Origin: a virus
Strand: one strand, 5' to 3'
IMG/VR virus record: IMGVR_UViG_3300035698_027665
Coordinates: 35,354 to 99,353 of that record
DNA: 64,000 bases
The notes under the pieces were generated by a model. That model did not search any database. It was not told where the DNA came from and saw only the letters and a list, made by a program, of their open reading frames with translations. A program made the translations under genes and the position numbers. Below, piece by piece: positions 29,071-38,285 of this stretch (position 1 is the first letter of the stretch; each line of letters begins with the position of its first letter).

Positions 29071-29982
29071 GTTACGGGAGCCACAGGATTTGTTGGAATT
29101 AATTTGATCCGAGAATTGGTGAAAAGGAATGTAGATAACATAGACAAATATAACATTACAGCAATAGGATCAAGTGACTCATCGCAGTTGCCCGGTATAT
29201 CTAAATTTCTAATTAGACATGCAAATGGTGTGGATTACACACAGCTTGACAAAAAATATGATTTAGTGTTTCATCAAGCTGGATATAACGACACTCAATG
29301 TGACAACAAAAAAGAAATGATGCTGGCTAATTACGAAGCACCCAAAGAACTTTTTGAACGTTTGGCTGACGGGGGATGCACTCGTTTTGTTTATGCTTCA
29401 TCCACTTCTATTTATGGCGATATAAATCCCCCTTATAAAGAAACTGACATCCCTTGTCCTTTGACATATTACGCAGAATCGAAACTATCTTTTGAAAACT
29501 TTGCAACTCAATTTTCAAAAGATAGAGAAAACATTACATGTGGATTAAGATATTGTAATGTGTACGGACCAAAAGAAGATCATAAAAGAAATAGAATGAG
29601 CATGATTGGACAAATAATAAACAGGATTATTTTGGATAAAACACCTGTTCTATTTGAAAACGGGGATCAAAAAAGGGATTGGATATATGTTCATGATGTA
29701 GCATTGGCGAACATTGGTGCTTCTACTGCTGCTAAAAGCGGAATTTACAATTGTGCTACTGGTGTCGCCACCACTTTTAACGAAATTGTAAATATAGTCA
29801 ACGAACATTTAAATAAAAATTTGAGTCCATCTTACATTACCAATCCCTACGAAGAAGCATATCAAGAATACACCAAATGCGATATTTCTTTAATTAAAAA
29901 AGATTTAGATTTTACTCCAAAAACTGATTTGAAAACAGGAATTTTTAAATATATTCAATATTTAAAAAACAAAACGTTCTAA
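29059..29982 (+). CDS. hldD: ADP-L-glycero-D-manno-heptose 6-epimerase-like NAD-dependent epimerase
   Basis: TGATGFVG, YASS, YAESK, LRYCNVYGPKEDHK, RDWIYV.D. Confidence 0.75.
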   Translation: MNVLVTGATGFVGINLIRELVKRNVDNIDKYNITAIGSSDSSQLPGISKFLIRHANGVDYTQLDKKYDLVFHQAGYNDTQCDNKKEMMLANYEAPKELFERLADGGCTRFVYASSTSIYGDINPPYKETDIPCPLTYYAESKLSFENFATQFSKDRENITCGLRYCNVYGPKEDHKRNRMSMIGQIINRIILDKTPVLFENGDQKRDWIYVHDVALANIGASTAAKSGIYNCATGVATTFNEIVNIVNEHLNKNLSPSYITNPYEEAYQEYTKCDISLIKKDLDFTPKTDLKTGIFKYIQYLKNKTF

Positions 29983-30005
29983 TTAGAACGTTTTGTTTTT
30001 TAAAT
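29960..30005. terminator. Perfect 46-bp palindrome between convergent genes
   Basis: atttaaaaaacaaaacgttctaa|ttagaacgttttgttttttaaat. Confidence 0.85.
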
Positions 30006-30025
30006 CTGTTTTTAGTAAATTTTTA

Positions 30026-30742
30026 TTACCAACCAATTCTTGGTATAGGAGCATATCCTAACTGTCCCGGACCAACATTGTCGTCACTGTCTACAAGGTC
30101 TTCATTGCCATCTCGTGGAGCAACGATAAAATCTTCATCAACTAGTTTGTTTACGCTTGCTTCCCAAGCTTTAACAGCAGCATCATTGTCATAAACATCG
30201 ACGCTTTCTTTTTTCATTTTTTTATTCATTTTCTTTTTCATGCTTTTCTTCATGCTCTTTTTCATTTTGTTGCTGCATCTTTTGCACATGAATTCACCAT
30301 CATCTGAATCGTCATCAAATTCTGAATCATCATCGTCACCTTCGACTTCATCTCCTGTTTCATCATCTGAATCATCGTCATCATCTGAATCATCGTCAAC
30401 TTCTGAATCATCGTCAACTTCTGAATCATCGTCAACTTCGACTTCATCTCCTGCTTCAATTTCTTCATCATCTGAATCATCATCTGCATCTATGTCTGCA
30501 TCTTTAGCAGTAGCAGGTTTTACAAGTTCATCCCCTGCATCCATTTTCTTTTTCATTTTCTTTTTAGCTGTTTTTTTGGCTTCTTCTAGTTCTGAAAAAC
30601 CAGTACTATCAGTAAACTCATCTTCTTCTAATTCTTGTGTGAGTGAGCCTACAACACCACGTAACGCATTTTTGCTAGATAATCCAATAGGATATGAAAA
30701 GGATTCGTTTAGCTCTTTAAATTTTTTATATGTAAGTAACAT
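30026..30742 (-). CDS. Acidic low-complexity protein with Lys/Met blocks and capsid-targeting-like N-terminus (possible prohead core protein)
   Basis: MLLTYKKFKELNE; (VDDDSE)n; KKSMKKSMKKKM. Confidence 0.65.
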   Translation of the reverse strand: MLLTYKKFKELNESFSYPIGLSSKNALRGVVGSLTQELEEDEFTDSTGFSELEEAKKTAKKKMKKKMDAGDELVKPATAKDADIDADDDSDDEEIEAGDEVEVDDDSEVDDDSEVDDDSDDDDDSDDETGDEVEGDDDDSEFDDDSDDGEFMCKRCSNKMKKSMKKSMKKKMNKKMKKESVDVYDNDAAVKAWEASVNKLVDEDFIVAPRDGNEDLVDSDDNVGPGQLGYAPIPRIGW

Positions 30743-30823
30743 TATATAATATACTCCGGTAATTGGTTTTAAATATACTAGTATATATATGATTCTACAA
30801 TGTATTTTTAATAATAAGAAAAA

Positions 30824-31543
30824 ATGTCAACAAAAATTTTATTAATATTTTTTTTACTTTTGTCTATATTTTACATCAGCAGTGCAAAATACAATTTTGA
30901 AGAAAGCATTGATTACCCCTCGATAACAAATATAAAAACCGATGGTCTTGAAAAATCCAATGAAAATATAGATGAAATCGTATCTGACATTAATAAAAAC
31001 ACAAAATCGTTAAAAAGCATAATATCAAATAATACTGAAATCACAATACACGGAAAAAAAGATATCGTCTTGACTGGAAATTTTGCATATGAAACTCCCG
31101 ATAAATTTAAAATAAAAGCAGATTTTTTTGGAAACACAGTCTCTTTAAGACATTTAGAATACAATTTGTCGATTAAAATAAACGATAAAGAACGTGTTTT
31201 AAACATTCCTCATATAAAACAAAACATGGGTTTGTTATTGATTCCAAAAGAAAGAACCGTTTATATTATTGGGCAAAAGATAATATTGAGCTTTAAAATT
31301 GAAGATTATACTTATATTTTAGTTTTGAGGAAAGATACACGAAGCATAATTTCATGTTATACTTATGATTTAAACCATGAATCTTTACTAGGAATAGACG
31401 TTATAGAGTATTATTCAGAAGCAGGTTTCACCATTCCTAAAAAAATGATTATTTCCATAAACAATGAAAACATTTTACTAACATTAACAATAAATGATCC
31501 TAAAATAAATATGGATGTTCAAGATGATTACTTTGAACATTAA
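30824..31543 (+). CDS. Exported/membrane protein, possibly LolA-like beta sheet
   Basis: Signal peptide; GNFAYETPDKF, FTIPKK. Confidence 0.45.
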   Translation: MSTKILLIFFLLLSIFYISSAKYNFEESIDYPSITNIKTDGLEKSNENIDEIVSDINKNTKSLKSIISNNTEITIHGKKDIVLTGNFAYETPDKFKIKADFFGNTVSLRHLEYNLSIKINDKERVLNIPHIKQNMGLLLIPKERTVYIIGQKIILSFKIEDYTYILVLRKDTRSIISCYTYDLNHESLLGIDVIEYYSEAGFTIPKKMIISINNENILLTLTINDPKINMDVQDDYFEH

Positions 31544-31764
31544 CGTCCAAGTTTTCTTAAAATAGCTTGTCTTCTTTTTCTTTCTACTTCTCTCCTTTTT
31601 GCCGTAATTCCAGAGGTATTACTTAAAGCAGAAACTTGTATGTATTTGCTTTTCTTGACTGTAGGCTGGTTTTTCATAGCTCTTAAAGCCTCTACAGAAG
31701 GATTGTTTTTAGGAGTAACCACAGGTCTTTTAGCACTTTTTTTTCCGCCACAGCCACATCCCAT
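31540..31764 (-). CDS. Small basic protein starting MGCGCGGKK
   Basis: GGAGG RBS before ATG 31764. Confidence 0.65.
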   Translation of the reverse strand: MGCGCGGKKSAKRPVVTPKNNPSVEALRAMKNQPTVKKSKYIQVSALSNTSGITAKRREVERKRRQAILRKLGR

Positions 31765-31808
31765 TTTTTTTCCTCCAAAATAAATAAAAGCTACTTTTAT
31801 AAGTATAT

Positions 31809-33293
31809 ATGAATAAACAAAAATTAATATCTGACGCAGTTGATAGAATCGAAACTTTGTTTGCAAACCAAGAATATGAAGCTGCACATATGGTTTCGTC
31901 TCAAATTTTAAATATTGAAAAAGAAAACTTGCCTGCTCAACAATTGGCTGGACTTTCTGCTTATAAATTAGGAAAATTAGAACTTGCCTTAAAAACTATT
32001 AATGAATCTATAAAAAGCTATCCGGGCAATCATGAAAATTATAACAATTTAGCTTTATGTTATTTTGCATTAGACGACTACAAAAACGCTCATGCGAGTA
32101 TAGATAAAGCCATTTCTATAGAAAATAAAGTTTCTTATTTAAGCAACAAAGCTTTGTTTTTTAAAGGAGAGGGAGAATATGAAAAATCTTTAGATATATT
32201 GAAAAAAGTTGTGGATTTATATCCAGAAAAAGCTTCTTATTGGGACGAGCTAGGTCTTTACTATGGGTTGAATAATGATTTGGAAAATTGTATAAAATGT
32301 TTCCAAAAATCAATTGAATTAGACAAAGACAGATATGTCACTCATGTCAATTTAGCTTGTGCTTACTTTTTAAAAGGGCTTTACAAAGAAGGATGGAAAG
32401 AATATGAATATAGATTGTCTACGTATCAGCAAATGAATCATATTAATAAAATATATGAAAAAGAAAAGACTTGGAAAGGTGAAGACCTAAAAGACAAAAC
32501 CATAGTAGTTTATTGTGAACAAGGGGCTGGAGACATTATCAACTTCATCAGATTTGTAACAAAATTAAATGCAAAAAAAATAAAACTACACGTTCCTTCA
32601 TATATGAAGGAACTTCTTTTAGCAAGCGGCTTTAATGATATTATTACCGAAAAAGACGAACCAGAAGAATATAACTATCATTGTTCAATGATGAGTTTGC
32701 CTTATCTATTGAATCTAGACAACAAAGATTTGATTTGCGAACCATACATTAAATCTTCTAAAAATGTTAATATAAAAGAAATAGAAAAATATAAAAATAC
32801 ATTTAACATAGGAATTGTATGGGGAGGTAGTCCTTTTCATCCTAATGACAAATTGAGATCAATTTATTTGAAACAATTTAAAACTATACAAGATATTCCT
32901 AATGTTAAGTTGTTTAGTCTTCAAAAAGACACTAGAAAAAGAGCTTATTTGTCAAACCCAAATAAACAAATAGATTTAACAGAAAACACAAACGATATGT
33001 CAGTAGTCGATCTGCAATCTTATATACAAAATTTTAACGACACCGCTGGATTTATAGAAGCGTTAGATTTGGTAATAAGTGTAGACACTGCTGTTCTACA
33101 TTTAGCTGGTGCTATGGGAGAAGAAGCATGGGGTTTGTTGCCTTTGACACCTGATTGGCGATGGGGATTAAAAGAAAATAATACTTTTTGGTATGATTCA
33201 ATAAAATTATATCGTCAATCCAAGCACGAAGATTGGGAAAGTGTTTTTGTACAATTGAAAAAAGATATCATTCAAAAGATTCAACAAAAGTAA
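31809..33293 (+). CDS. TPR-repeat plus GT9-like glycosyltransferase
   Basis: TPR helices; EQGAGD, SLP, GIVWGG, DLVISVDTAVLHLAGA, DWRW. Confidence 0.88.
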   Translation: MNKQKLISDAVDRIETLFANQEYEAAHMVSSQILNIEKENLPAQQLAGLSAYKLGKLELALKTINESIKSYPGNHENYNNLALCYFALDDYKNAHASIDKAISIENKVSYLSNKALFFKGEGEYEKSLDILKKVVDLYPEKASYWDELGLYYGLNNDLENCIKCFQKSIELDKDRYVTHVNLACAYFLKGLYKEGWKEYEYRLSTYQQMNHINKIYEKEKTWKGEDLKDKTIVVYCEQGAGDIINFIRFVTKLNAKKIKLHVPSYMKELLLASGFNDIITEKDEPEEYNYHCSMMSLPYLLNLDNKDLICEPYIKSSKNVNIKEIEKYKNTFNIGIVWGGSPFHPNDKLRSIYLKQFKTIQDIPNVKLFSLQKDTRKRAYLSNPNKQIDLTENTNDMSVVDLQSYIQNFNDTAGFIEALDLVISVDTAVLHLAGAMGEEAWGLLPLTPDWRWGLKENNTFWYDSIKLYRQSKHEDWESVFVQLKKDIIQKIQQK

Positions 33294-33972
33294 AGTTTTT
33301 TGTTTTTTCCATAGAATAAGCTGGTTTATGGAACTTATTAAAGCGTATTTCTGCGTTTGTATTTGCAAAAGTAGGCATCAAAATGAATTTTTCTTTAGGT
33401 CTGCATCTGGTTTTATAAAATGACATGATGGCATTTGTGTATTTGCTTAATATTTTAACATGGGCAGATTCTGAAACTATTCTTTTTAATTCAAATGCGT
33501 TCAAAATGTCTTCTGATGTTTGTAAAGCGTTTGATACATTGAGTTTGTGCTTTCCACGCCCAATTCTGTTAAAGTCAACAAACCAAACCATCGATTTTTC
33601 ATCATATTTAAATAAAGGATTTTCAATGCCTATTTTGCAATGTGCTTCTTCGAAGTCTTTTAATTGAGACATAAACATTTTATTATTGTTTTTGTAATAT
33701 TCGAAATAGTAATAACCCAATATCCCTCTATAAGACATTAAAAGATAGTTTCTACTGTCTTTTTTATTTAAATTATTGCTTAAACAAAAAGAGCAATAGA
33801 AATTATTCGGGCCAGAAAGTTTGTGATGCAACTTTCTGGTTTTTGGTGAAAGGGTCACTAATTTTTCACAAAAACTACATTGGCAATGAATTTTGTCAGA
33901 CAACTCATCGTCAAAATTGTATTTGGATTTTAATTTTACATTACCAGCTTTGATTTTTTTAATTTCAGTCAT
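33268..33972 (-). CDS. Hypothetical protein with N-terminal Zn finger
   Basis: CSFC...CSFC. Confidence 0.6.
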   Translation of the reverse strand: MTEIKKIKAGNVKLKSKYNFDDELSDKIHCQCSFCEKLVTLSPKTRKLHHKLSGPNNFYCSFCLSNNLNKKDSRNYLLMSYRGILGYYYFEYYKNNNKMFMSQLKDFEEAHCKIGIENPLFKYDEKSMVWFVDFNRIGRGKHKLNVSNALQTSEDILNAFELKRIVSESAHVKILSKYTNAIMSFYKTRCRPKEKFILMPTFANTNAEIRFNKFHKPAYSMEKTKNFTFVESFE

Positions 33973-34004
33973 AAATAACCTATATAATCATAGAAAGAGT
34001 TCTA

Positions 34005-34012
34005 TATAAATA
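34005..34012 (+). promoter_or_regulatory. T4-type late promoter TATAAATA
   Basis: Exact motif upstream of 34042 gene. Confidence 0.6.
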
Positions 34013-34041
34013 GAAGCTTTATTTAAAAGAAGGATACGAAT

Positions 34042-34290
34042 ATGAAAACTTTTATTCAATGGGCAAAGGTCAATAAAAAAAACTTATCTGTAGTGGAAGA
34101 TGTTGTTTCCAAAGGGGATGTTGCAACTGACAGCGAAGATTCAGAAAAAGCGACTTCTGAAAACAGAGCAAGAACAGGATGGTCAGGAAATTACCCACCT
34201 GCGTATTTCAGCGGCCAATACCCACAAAAATACGTCAATCCTAAAAAATCCACAGCAGATTTAGACGCAGAACATATGAAGAAAAAATAA
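34042..34290 (+). CDS. Small protein with capsid-targeting-like N-terminus
   Basis: MKTFIQWAK; YPPAYF..QYP. Confidence 0.65.
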   Translation: MKTFIQWAKVNKKNLSVVEDVVSKGDVATDSEDSEKATSENRARTGWSGNYPPAYFSGQYPQKYVNPKKSTADLDAEHMKKK

Positions 34291-34308
34291 AATAAGTTTT
34301 TTATATTC

Positions 34309-34350
34309 TTTTATCAAAAAGCCCCTTTTAAAAGGGGCTTTTTGATAAAA
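34309..34350. terminator. Perfect 42-bp palindrome, bidirectional terminator
   Basis: ttttatcaaaaagcccctttt|aaaaggggctttttgataaaa. Confidence 0.9.
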
Positions 34351-34704
34351 TCAATCGTCATCATCGTCTTCCATGTCCCAACTTTTGGACATTCTATCCT
34401 TTTTATCTTTTTTAGATAAAGAATCTTCGTTTTTTGGCAACATTTTTGGGACTCTTTCCCAATACCCCCAATTGCTCGAATTTTCACTGCTTTGAAAGAC
34501 CATACCTTTTTTGTGATATTTAGATAATATTTCTTCCACTCTTTGTTCAGAAAGAGATGTTTCTTTTGCTAATTGAGAAATGCTACGCCATTTCCATTTT
34601 TTATTACGGGCCAACGCTATAAAGAGTTTTTGTTCTTCATCACCTTTTTTTGTGCCTACTGGATAAACGTCTGTCCACTTTGACGGGGTGTTTTTTTTAC
34701 TCAT
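34351..34704 (-). CDS. Winged-HTH-like protein
   Basis: WRSISQLAKETSLSEQRVEEIL. Confidence 0.6.
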   Translation of the reverse strand: MSKKNTPSKWTDVYPVGTKKGDEEQKLFIALARNKKWKWRSISQLAKETSLSEQRVEEILSKYHKKGMVFQSSENSSNWGYWERVPKMLPKNEDSLSKKDKKDRMSKSWDMEDDDDD

Positions 34705-34802
34705 AATTTGATTCCCTTACAAAAATACTAAATAATCATGCTATTATATAATAGCACTGTAGTTTTATTGTACGTTAAAAAGTTTAGAAAGAAAAGTGAA
34801 AA

Positions 34803-35240
34803 ATGGCAAAATACAAACACATAAAGTTAAATCGTTTTGAAAAATTAGCTGCTAATAAAGAAAAATTAGCAAAAGCTCTTTTTGGAGAAGGGGTGTACTT
34901 ATACAGAAACAACGCTGGTGGTGATCTTAAATTGCCAAAGCCTAATTTGGAAGGCACAACGTTCGTTCCAAAAGGTGGAACGTTTAAAGGCGATAGTTAT
35001 TTTATGAGCATGGTGAAAAATAATGAGCTTAGGCTAGTGGAAGTTTTAGAAAAACCAAAGGAAATAAAAATGGAAGAAAAATTAATTTTAGACCAACCAG
35101 ATATTGTTACCACAGAGGGAACTGTTGAACATGTGTTAACAGATGAAGAAAAGAAAAAGCTAGAGGAAAACGAAGAAGAAGGACGTGAAACCCTCATTAC
35201 AGAAGACCCAATGGATGGCATTCAAATTCTTACCGACTAA
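34803..35240 (+). CDS. Hypothetical protein
   Basis: ORF track. Confidence 0.6.
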   Translation: MAKYKHIKLNRFEKLAANKEKLAKALFGEGVYLYRNNAGGDLKLPKPNLEGTTFVPKGGTFKGDSYFMSMVKNNELRLVEVLEKPKEIKMEEKLILDQPDIVTTEGTVEHVLTDEEKKKLEENEEEGRETLITEDPMDGIQILTD

Positions 35241-35264
35241 TTTGCTTTAAAAACCGATTCAAAG

Positions 35265-35273
35265 TGATATAAT
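35265..35273 (+). promoter_or_regulatory. Extended -10 promoter TGaTATAAT
   Basis: Upstream of 35323 gene. Confidence 0.5.
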
Positions 35274-35322
35274 GAAGGCAGCTTTTTAAGACTGGCTTGT
35301 TATATCATTGGAGTTTAATTAA

Positions 35323-36201
35323 ATGTCAAATGATGCTTTTGATGGAAAAGATTTTCTGTATGCGGTTTTCAAAAATGATGTTTTTGTCGGATTAGCCGAA
35401 AATAAAATTTCTGATTTAGTTGCACTTATCGACAATAGAAATGCTGCTTTAAAAGAAGTGACTTTATATAAAGTTGCTTCTTTTAAAGAGTTATCAGACG
35501 TTATGGAGAATAAGAAAAAAAAGAACGCACCTGCTGCACCTGCGTTGGAATCAGAATTAAACCGCATTAGTGATGTCTTTTCTAAACTGCTTGGCAGCAT
35601 GTCGATTGGAAATTTTAGCAATTCTAGAATTAAACAATATGGAAAAAGCGGGTATACAACAAAAAAGGGTAAAAAAATGAATGCTGCATTTGAAAACTAT
35701 TATGATCCTGACGATTTAGTTTGCCCTTATTCCTTTACTGGTTGGAAAGCGGTAAGTAAGACAAAAGGCATAAAAGCCAAACCAATGGGGCAGATAATTA
35801 TTGATAAAAAAATAATGGAAATGTTGAAGCTGCAAACATTAGAAGGGGATCAGGCTTTAAAAGACAATTCTATGGTTTGTTTGGGAGTTGATTCGGAACC
35901 TTGGCAGCAAGACGTTTCTAATTTATTTAAAAAATACAATGTGGTTAATGTAGATCAAGATGGATGGTTGATTTGTGAACCTAAAACCGAAAATAAATCA
36001 GAAGCTTTGAGAATTACAGAAGAAATGTGTGACGACAAGCACAAACTCACCATCTATGCTAATTGGGGAACGAAATTGGAAAATGGTAAATTTTCACAAA
36101 AGGGAAAAGTTGGTGATTATTTTTTACGTAATACAGAAGACAAAAGAGATACTTATATAGTTGAAAAAGAAGTTTACGAAAGAACGTATTCGGACATTTA
36201 A
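35323..36201 (+). CDS. Hypothetical protein with C-terminal PGDYG-like domain
   Basis: GKVGDYFL...YIVEKEVYERTY. Confidence 0.55.
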   Translation: MSNDAFDGKDFLYAVFKNDVFVGLAENKISDLVALIDNRNAALKEVTLYKVASFKELSDVMENKKKKNAPAAPALESELNRISDVFSKLLGSMSIGNFSNSRIKQYGKSGYTTKKGKKMNAAFENYYDPDDLVCPYSFTGWKAVSKTKGIKAKPMGQIIIDKKIMEMLKLQTLEGDQALKDNSMVCLGVDSEPWQQDVSNLFKKYNVVNVDQDGWLICEPKTENKSEALRITEEMCDDKHKLTIYANWGTKLENGKFSQKGKVGDYFLRNTEDKRDTYIVEKEVYERTYSDI

Positions 36202-36428
36202 CAATCCCCATATGGTTCGTCTTTTTCATAGGGTCCAGAAAAACGTTTTATATTTTTTTTATATTTTTTGGCAAGAAGTTTCCAACGCCAATCTGTTAAA
36301 TCTATTCCATAAAAAGAGTTTTTGAAAAATTTTTGTTCTTTCCAATTGTGTCCGCATGAATTGCATGAGCATATATTAGAATAATGCATGCTCGTCAAAC
36401 ACGACAAGCACATTGGGCATAAAATCAT
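36198..36428 (-). CDS. Small Zn-ribbon protein
   Basis: MILCPMC...CNSCGHNW. Confidence 0.45.
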   Translation of the reverse strand: MILCPMCLSCLTSMHYSNICSCNSCGHNWKEQKFFKNSFYGIDLTDWRWKLLAKKYKKNIKRFSGPYEKDEPYGDC

Positions 36429-36473
36429 ATTTATATTTATGTCCAACAAAAAGAGTTTTAATGTCAACCAAGC

Positions 36474-36501
36474 TTTACAACAATCAAGTTCCTAGTATAA
36501 T
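36474..36501 (+). promoter_or_regulatory. sigma70-like early promoter TTTACA-N16-TATAAT driving pncA operon
   Basis: Motifs read directly. Confidence 0.65.
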
Positions 36502-36550
36502 GCTGATGTTGACCAAATGATGTTTTATTTGTAATTTTAAGGGGATCAAA

Positions 36551-37447
36551 ATGTTAGATGTTAGATTGCTTATCATTGATCCACAAGGATCATTCTGCAA
36601 CGACGTGCCACAAGACCAACAGCAATCGCTTCACGACGGCGAGCTTTGCGTTCCCGGTGCTTTAGACGATATGAACAGACTTGCAAAAATGGTTGATCGT
36701 ATTGGACATAAGATCAAAGACATTACTGTAACTATGGATTCACACCCGTTAGGCGGACTGCATATTGCACATGGATGTTTCTTTAAAAACATTAATACAG
36801 GCGATAGACCATCGCCATTTACCATTATGACCTTGGACAAATCTGGTTCCGAGCCAAAAATTATAGGGACTATTGGTAGCGATACTGCTGAATATGTTAC
36901 TGCTCATCCCTCTTTTAGAGTTTGGACTTTAGAATATCTTGATAATTTGGAAACAAGTGGCCGATACCCACACTGCATTTGGCCTGAACACTGCATCATA
37001 GGAACGCCGGGGCATTTAATTGTCCCTGAATTAAGAAGTGCTTTGCACAATTGGGGGCAATTAAATAATGGTTTCGTGAATGTTGTTACCAAAGGTTCTA
37101 ATTTTAGGACTGAACACTTTTCTGCTGTTAGAGCAGAAGTGCCTGTTCCAAACGACCCAACAACACAGTTAAATACTGATGTCATTGAAACATTTTTAGA
37201 TGCTGATCTTATTGGCCTTTCAGGAGAAGCTAGATCACATTGTTTGGCAAATACTGTACGAGACATCGCTAATGAATTTGTAAGCGGCGGTCAATTTGGC
37301 ACCAATGATGAATTCATAAAAAAGTGTGTTCTTTTAACAGATGCTTCTTCAGATGTTCCTACATTTGAAAAATTAGGGAATGACTTTGTAGATGAAATGA
37401 CTTCTCGTGGAATGAAAACGGCTACTACAACCGACTGGCTTTCTTAA
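36551..37447 (+). CDS. pncA: Nicotinamidase/pyrazinamidase (isochorismatase family)
   Basis: IIDPQ.SF, L.VPGA, DSH, WPEHC, KG, GEARSHC. Confidence 0.88.
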   Translation: MLDVRLLIIDPQGSFCNDVPQDQQQSLHDGELCVPGALDDMNRLAKMVDRIGHKIKDITVTMDSHPLGGLHIAHGCFFKNINTGDRPSPFTIMTLDKSGSEPKIIGTIGSDTAEYVTAHPSFRVWTLEYLDNLETSGRYPHCIWPEHCIIGTPGHLIVPELRSALHNWGQLNNGFVNVVTKGSNFRTEHFSAVRAEVPVPNDPTTQLNTDVIETFLDADLIGLSGEARSHCLANTVRDIANEFVSGGQFGTNDEFIKKCVLLTDASSDVPTFEKLGNDFVDEMTSRGMKTATTTDWLS

Positions 37448-37460
37448 AAGGAGATTAAAA

Positions 37461-38213
37461 ATGCCTGTTTTTAATGAAAATAATAATTCTAAATCTTTAG
37501 ATAAATACAATAATCAAAAGTTTACATATTCTGCCGAGAAAATAGACTTGTTAGGTGCCTCTGAATATACATTGGTTACAATTGTAGCTGATCGCTCTGG
37601 CAGCACGTCAGGATTTGATAAAGACATGGAAAGAACTGTAAAAGAAATTGTAAGGGCTTGCAGTGACAGTCCTAGAGCAGAAAATCTTTTAATTAGATTT
37701 GTTTCTTTTTCAAATCAAACATATGAGGTTCATGGATTTGAACAATTGGCAGGAATCGACTTGAATAGATATGATGGCACTTTGTCGCCAAAAGGTTCTA
37801 CAGCACTTTATGATGCAACTATTAATGGCGTGGAAAACCTTGCCGATTTTGGCTCTAATTTGATTAAAAATGATTATGAGGCGAATGGAATAGTTTTTGT
37901 GATAACCGATGGTGGTGAAAACGCTTCTACTTATAGTATTAACGATGTGAAAAAAGCATTCGCTAGTGCTATAAAAAGCGAAAGCTTGGAAAGCATTACT
38001 ACAATTTTAATTGGAGTTAATGAAGCATCTAATGACCAATCTATTCAAGCTTTTGCTAAAGATGTAAATTTTACGAAATTTATTGGCATGCCAAATGTAG
38101 ACAAAAAGTCATTAGCTATATTGGCACAATTCGTTAGTCAAAGTATTTCAAGTACGTCACAATCTTTAGGTTCTGGAAGTGCTTCGCAATCTATTCAGCC
38201 TCCTACATTTTAA
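37461..38213 (+). CDS. vWA domain protein (TerY-like)
   Basis: MIDAS DRSGS, T(ALYDA), ITDG. Confidence 0.85.
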   Translation: MPVFNENNNSKSLDKYNNQKFTYSAEKIDLLGASEYTLVTIVADRSGSTSGFDKDMERTVKEIVRACSDSPRAENLLIRFVSFSNQTYEVHGFEQLAGIDLNRYDGTLSPKGSTALYDATINGVENLADFGSNLIKNDYEANGIVFVITDGGENASTYSINDVKKAFASAIKSESLESITTILIGVNEASNDQSIQAFAKDVNFTKFIGMPNVDKKSLAILAQFVSQSISSTSQSLGSGSASQSIQPPTF

Positions 38214-38237
38214 AACTATCCCCTTTTAACAAATTTA

Positions 38238-38275
38238 TTAAAAAACCCATAAGAAATTTCTTATGGGTTTTTTAA
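38238..38275. terminator. Perfect 38-bp palindrome between vWA and pncB
   Basis: ttaaaaaacccataagaaa|tttcttatgggttttttaa. Confidence 0.8.
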
Positions 38276-38285
38276 AAGGGAAAAA

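Noticed and set aside
29037-29120. CRISPR array or Cas12-type locus next to TnpB
   Set aside because: No repeat-spacer array near tnpB or anywhere else in the window; the 3' end looks like an IS right end
30240-30749. Ser-rich ORF on plus strand and MMIQ-repeat ORF 30262-30489
   Set aside because: Shadow frames of the acidic repeat gene
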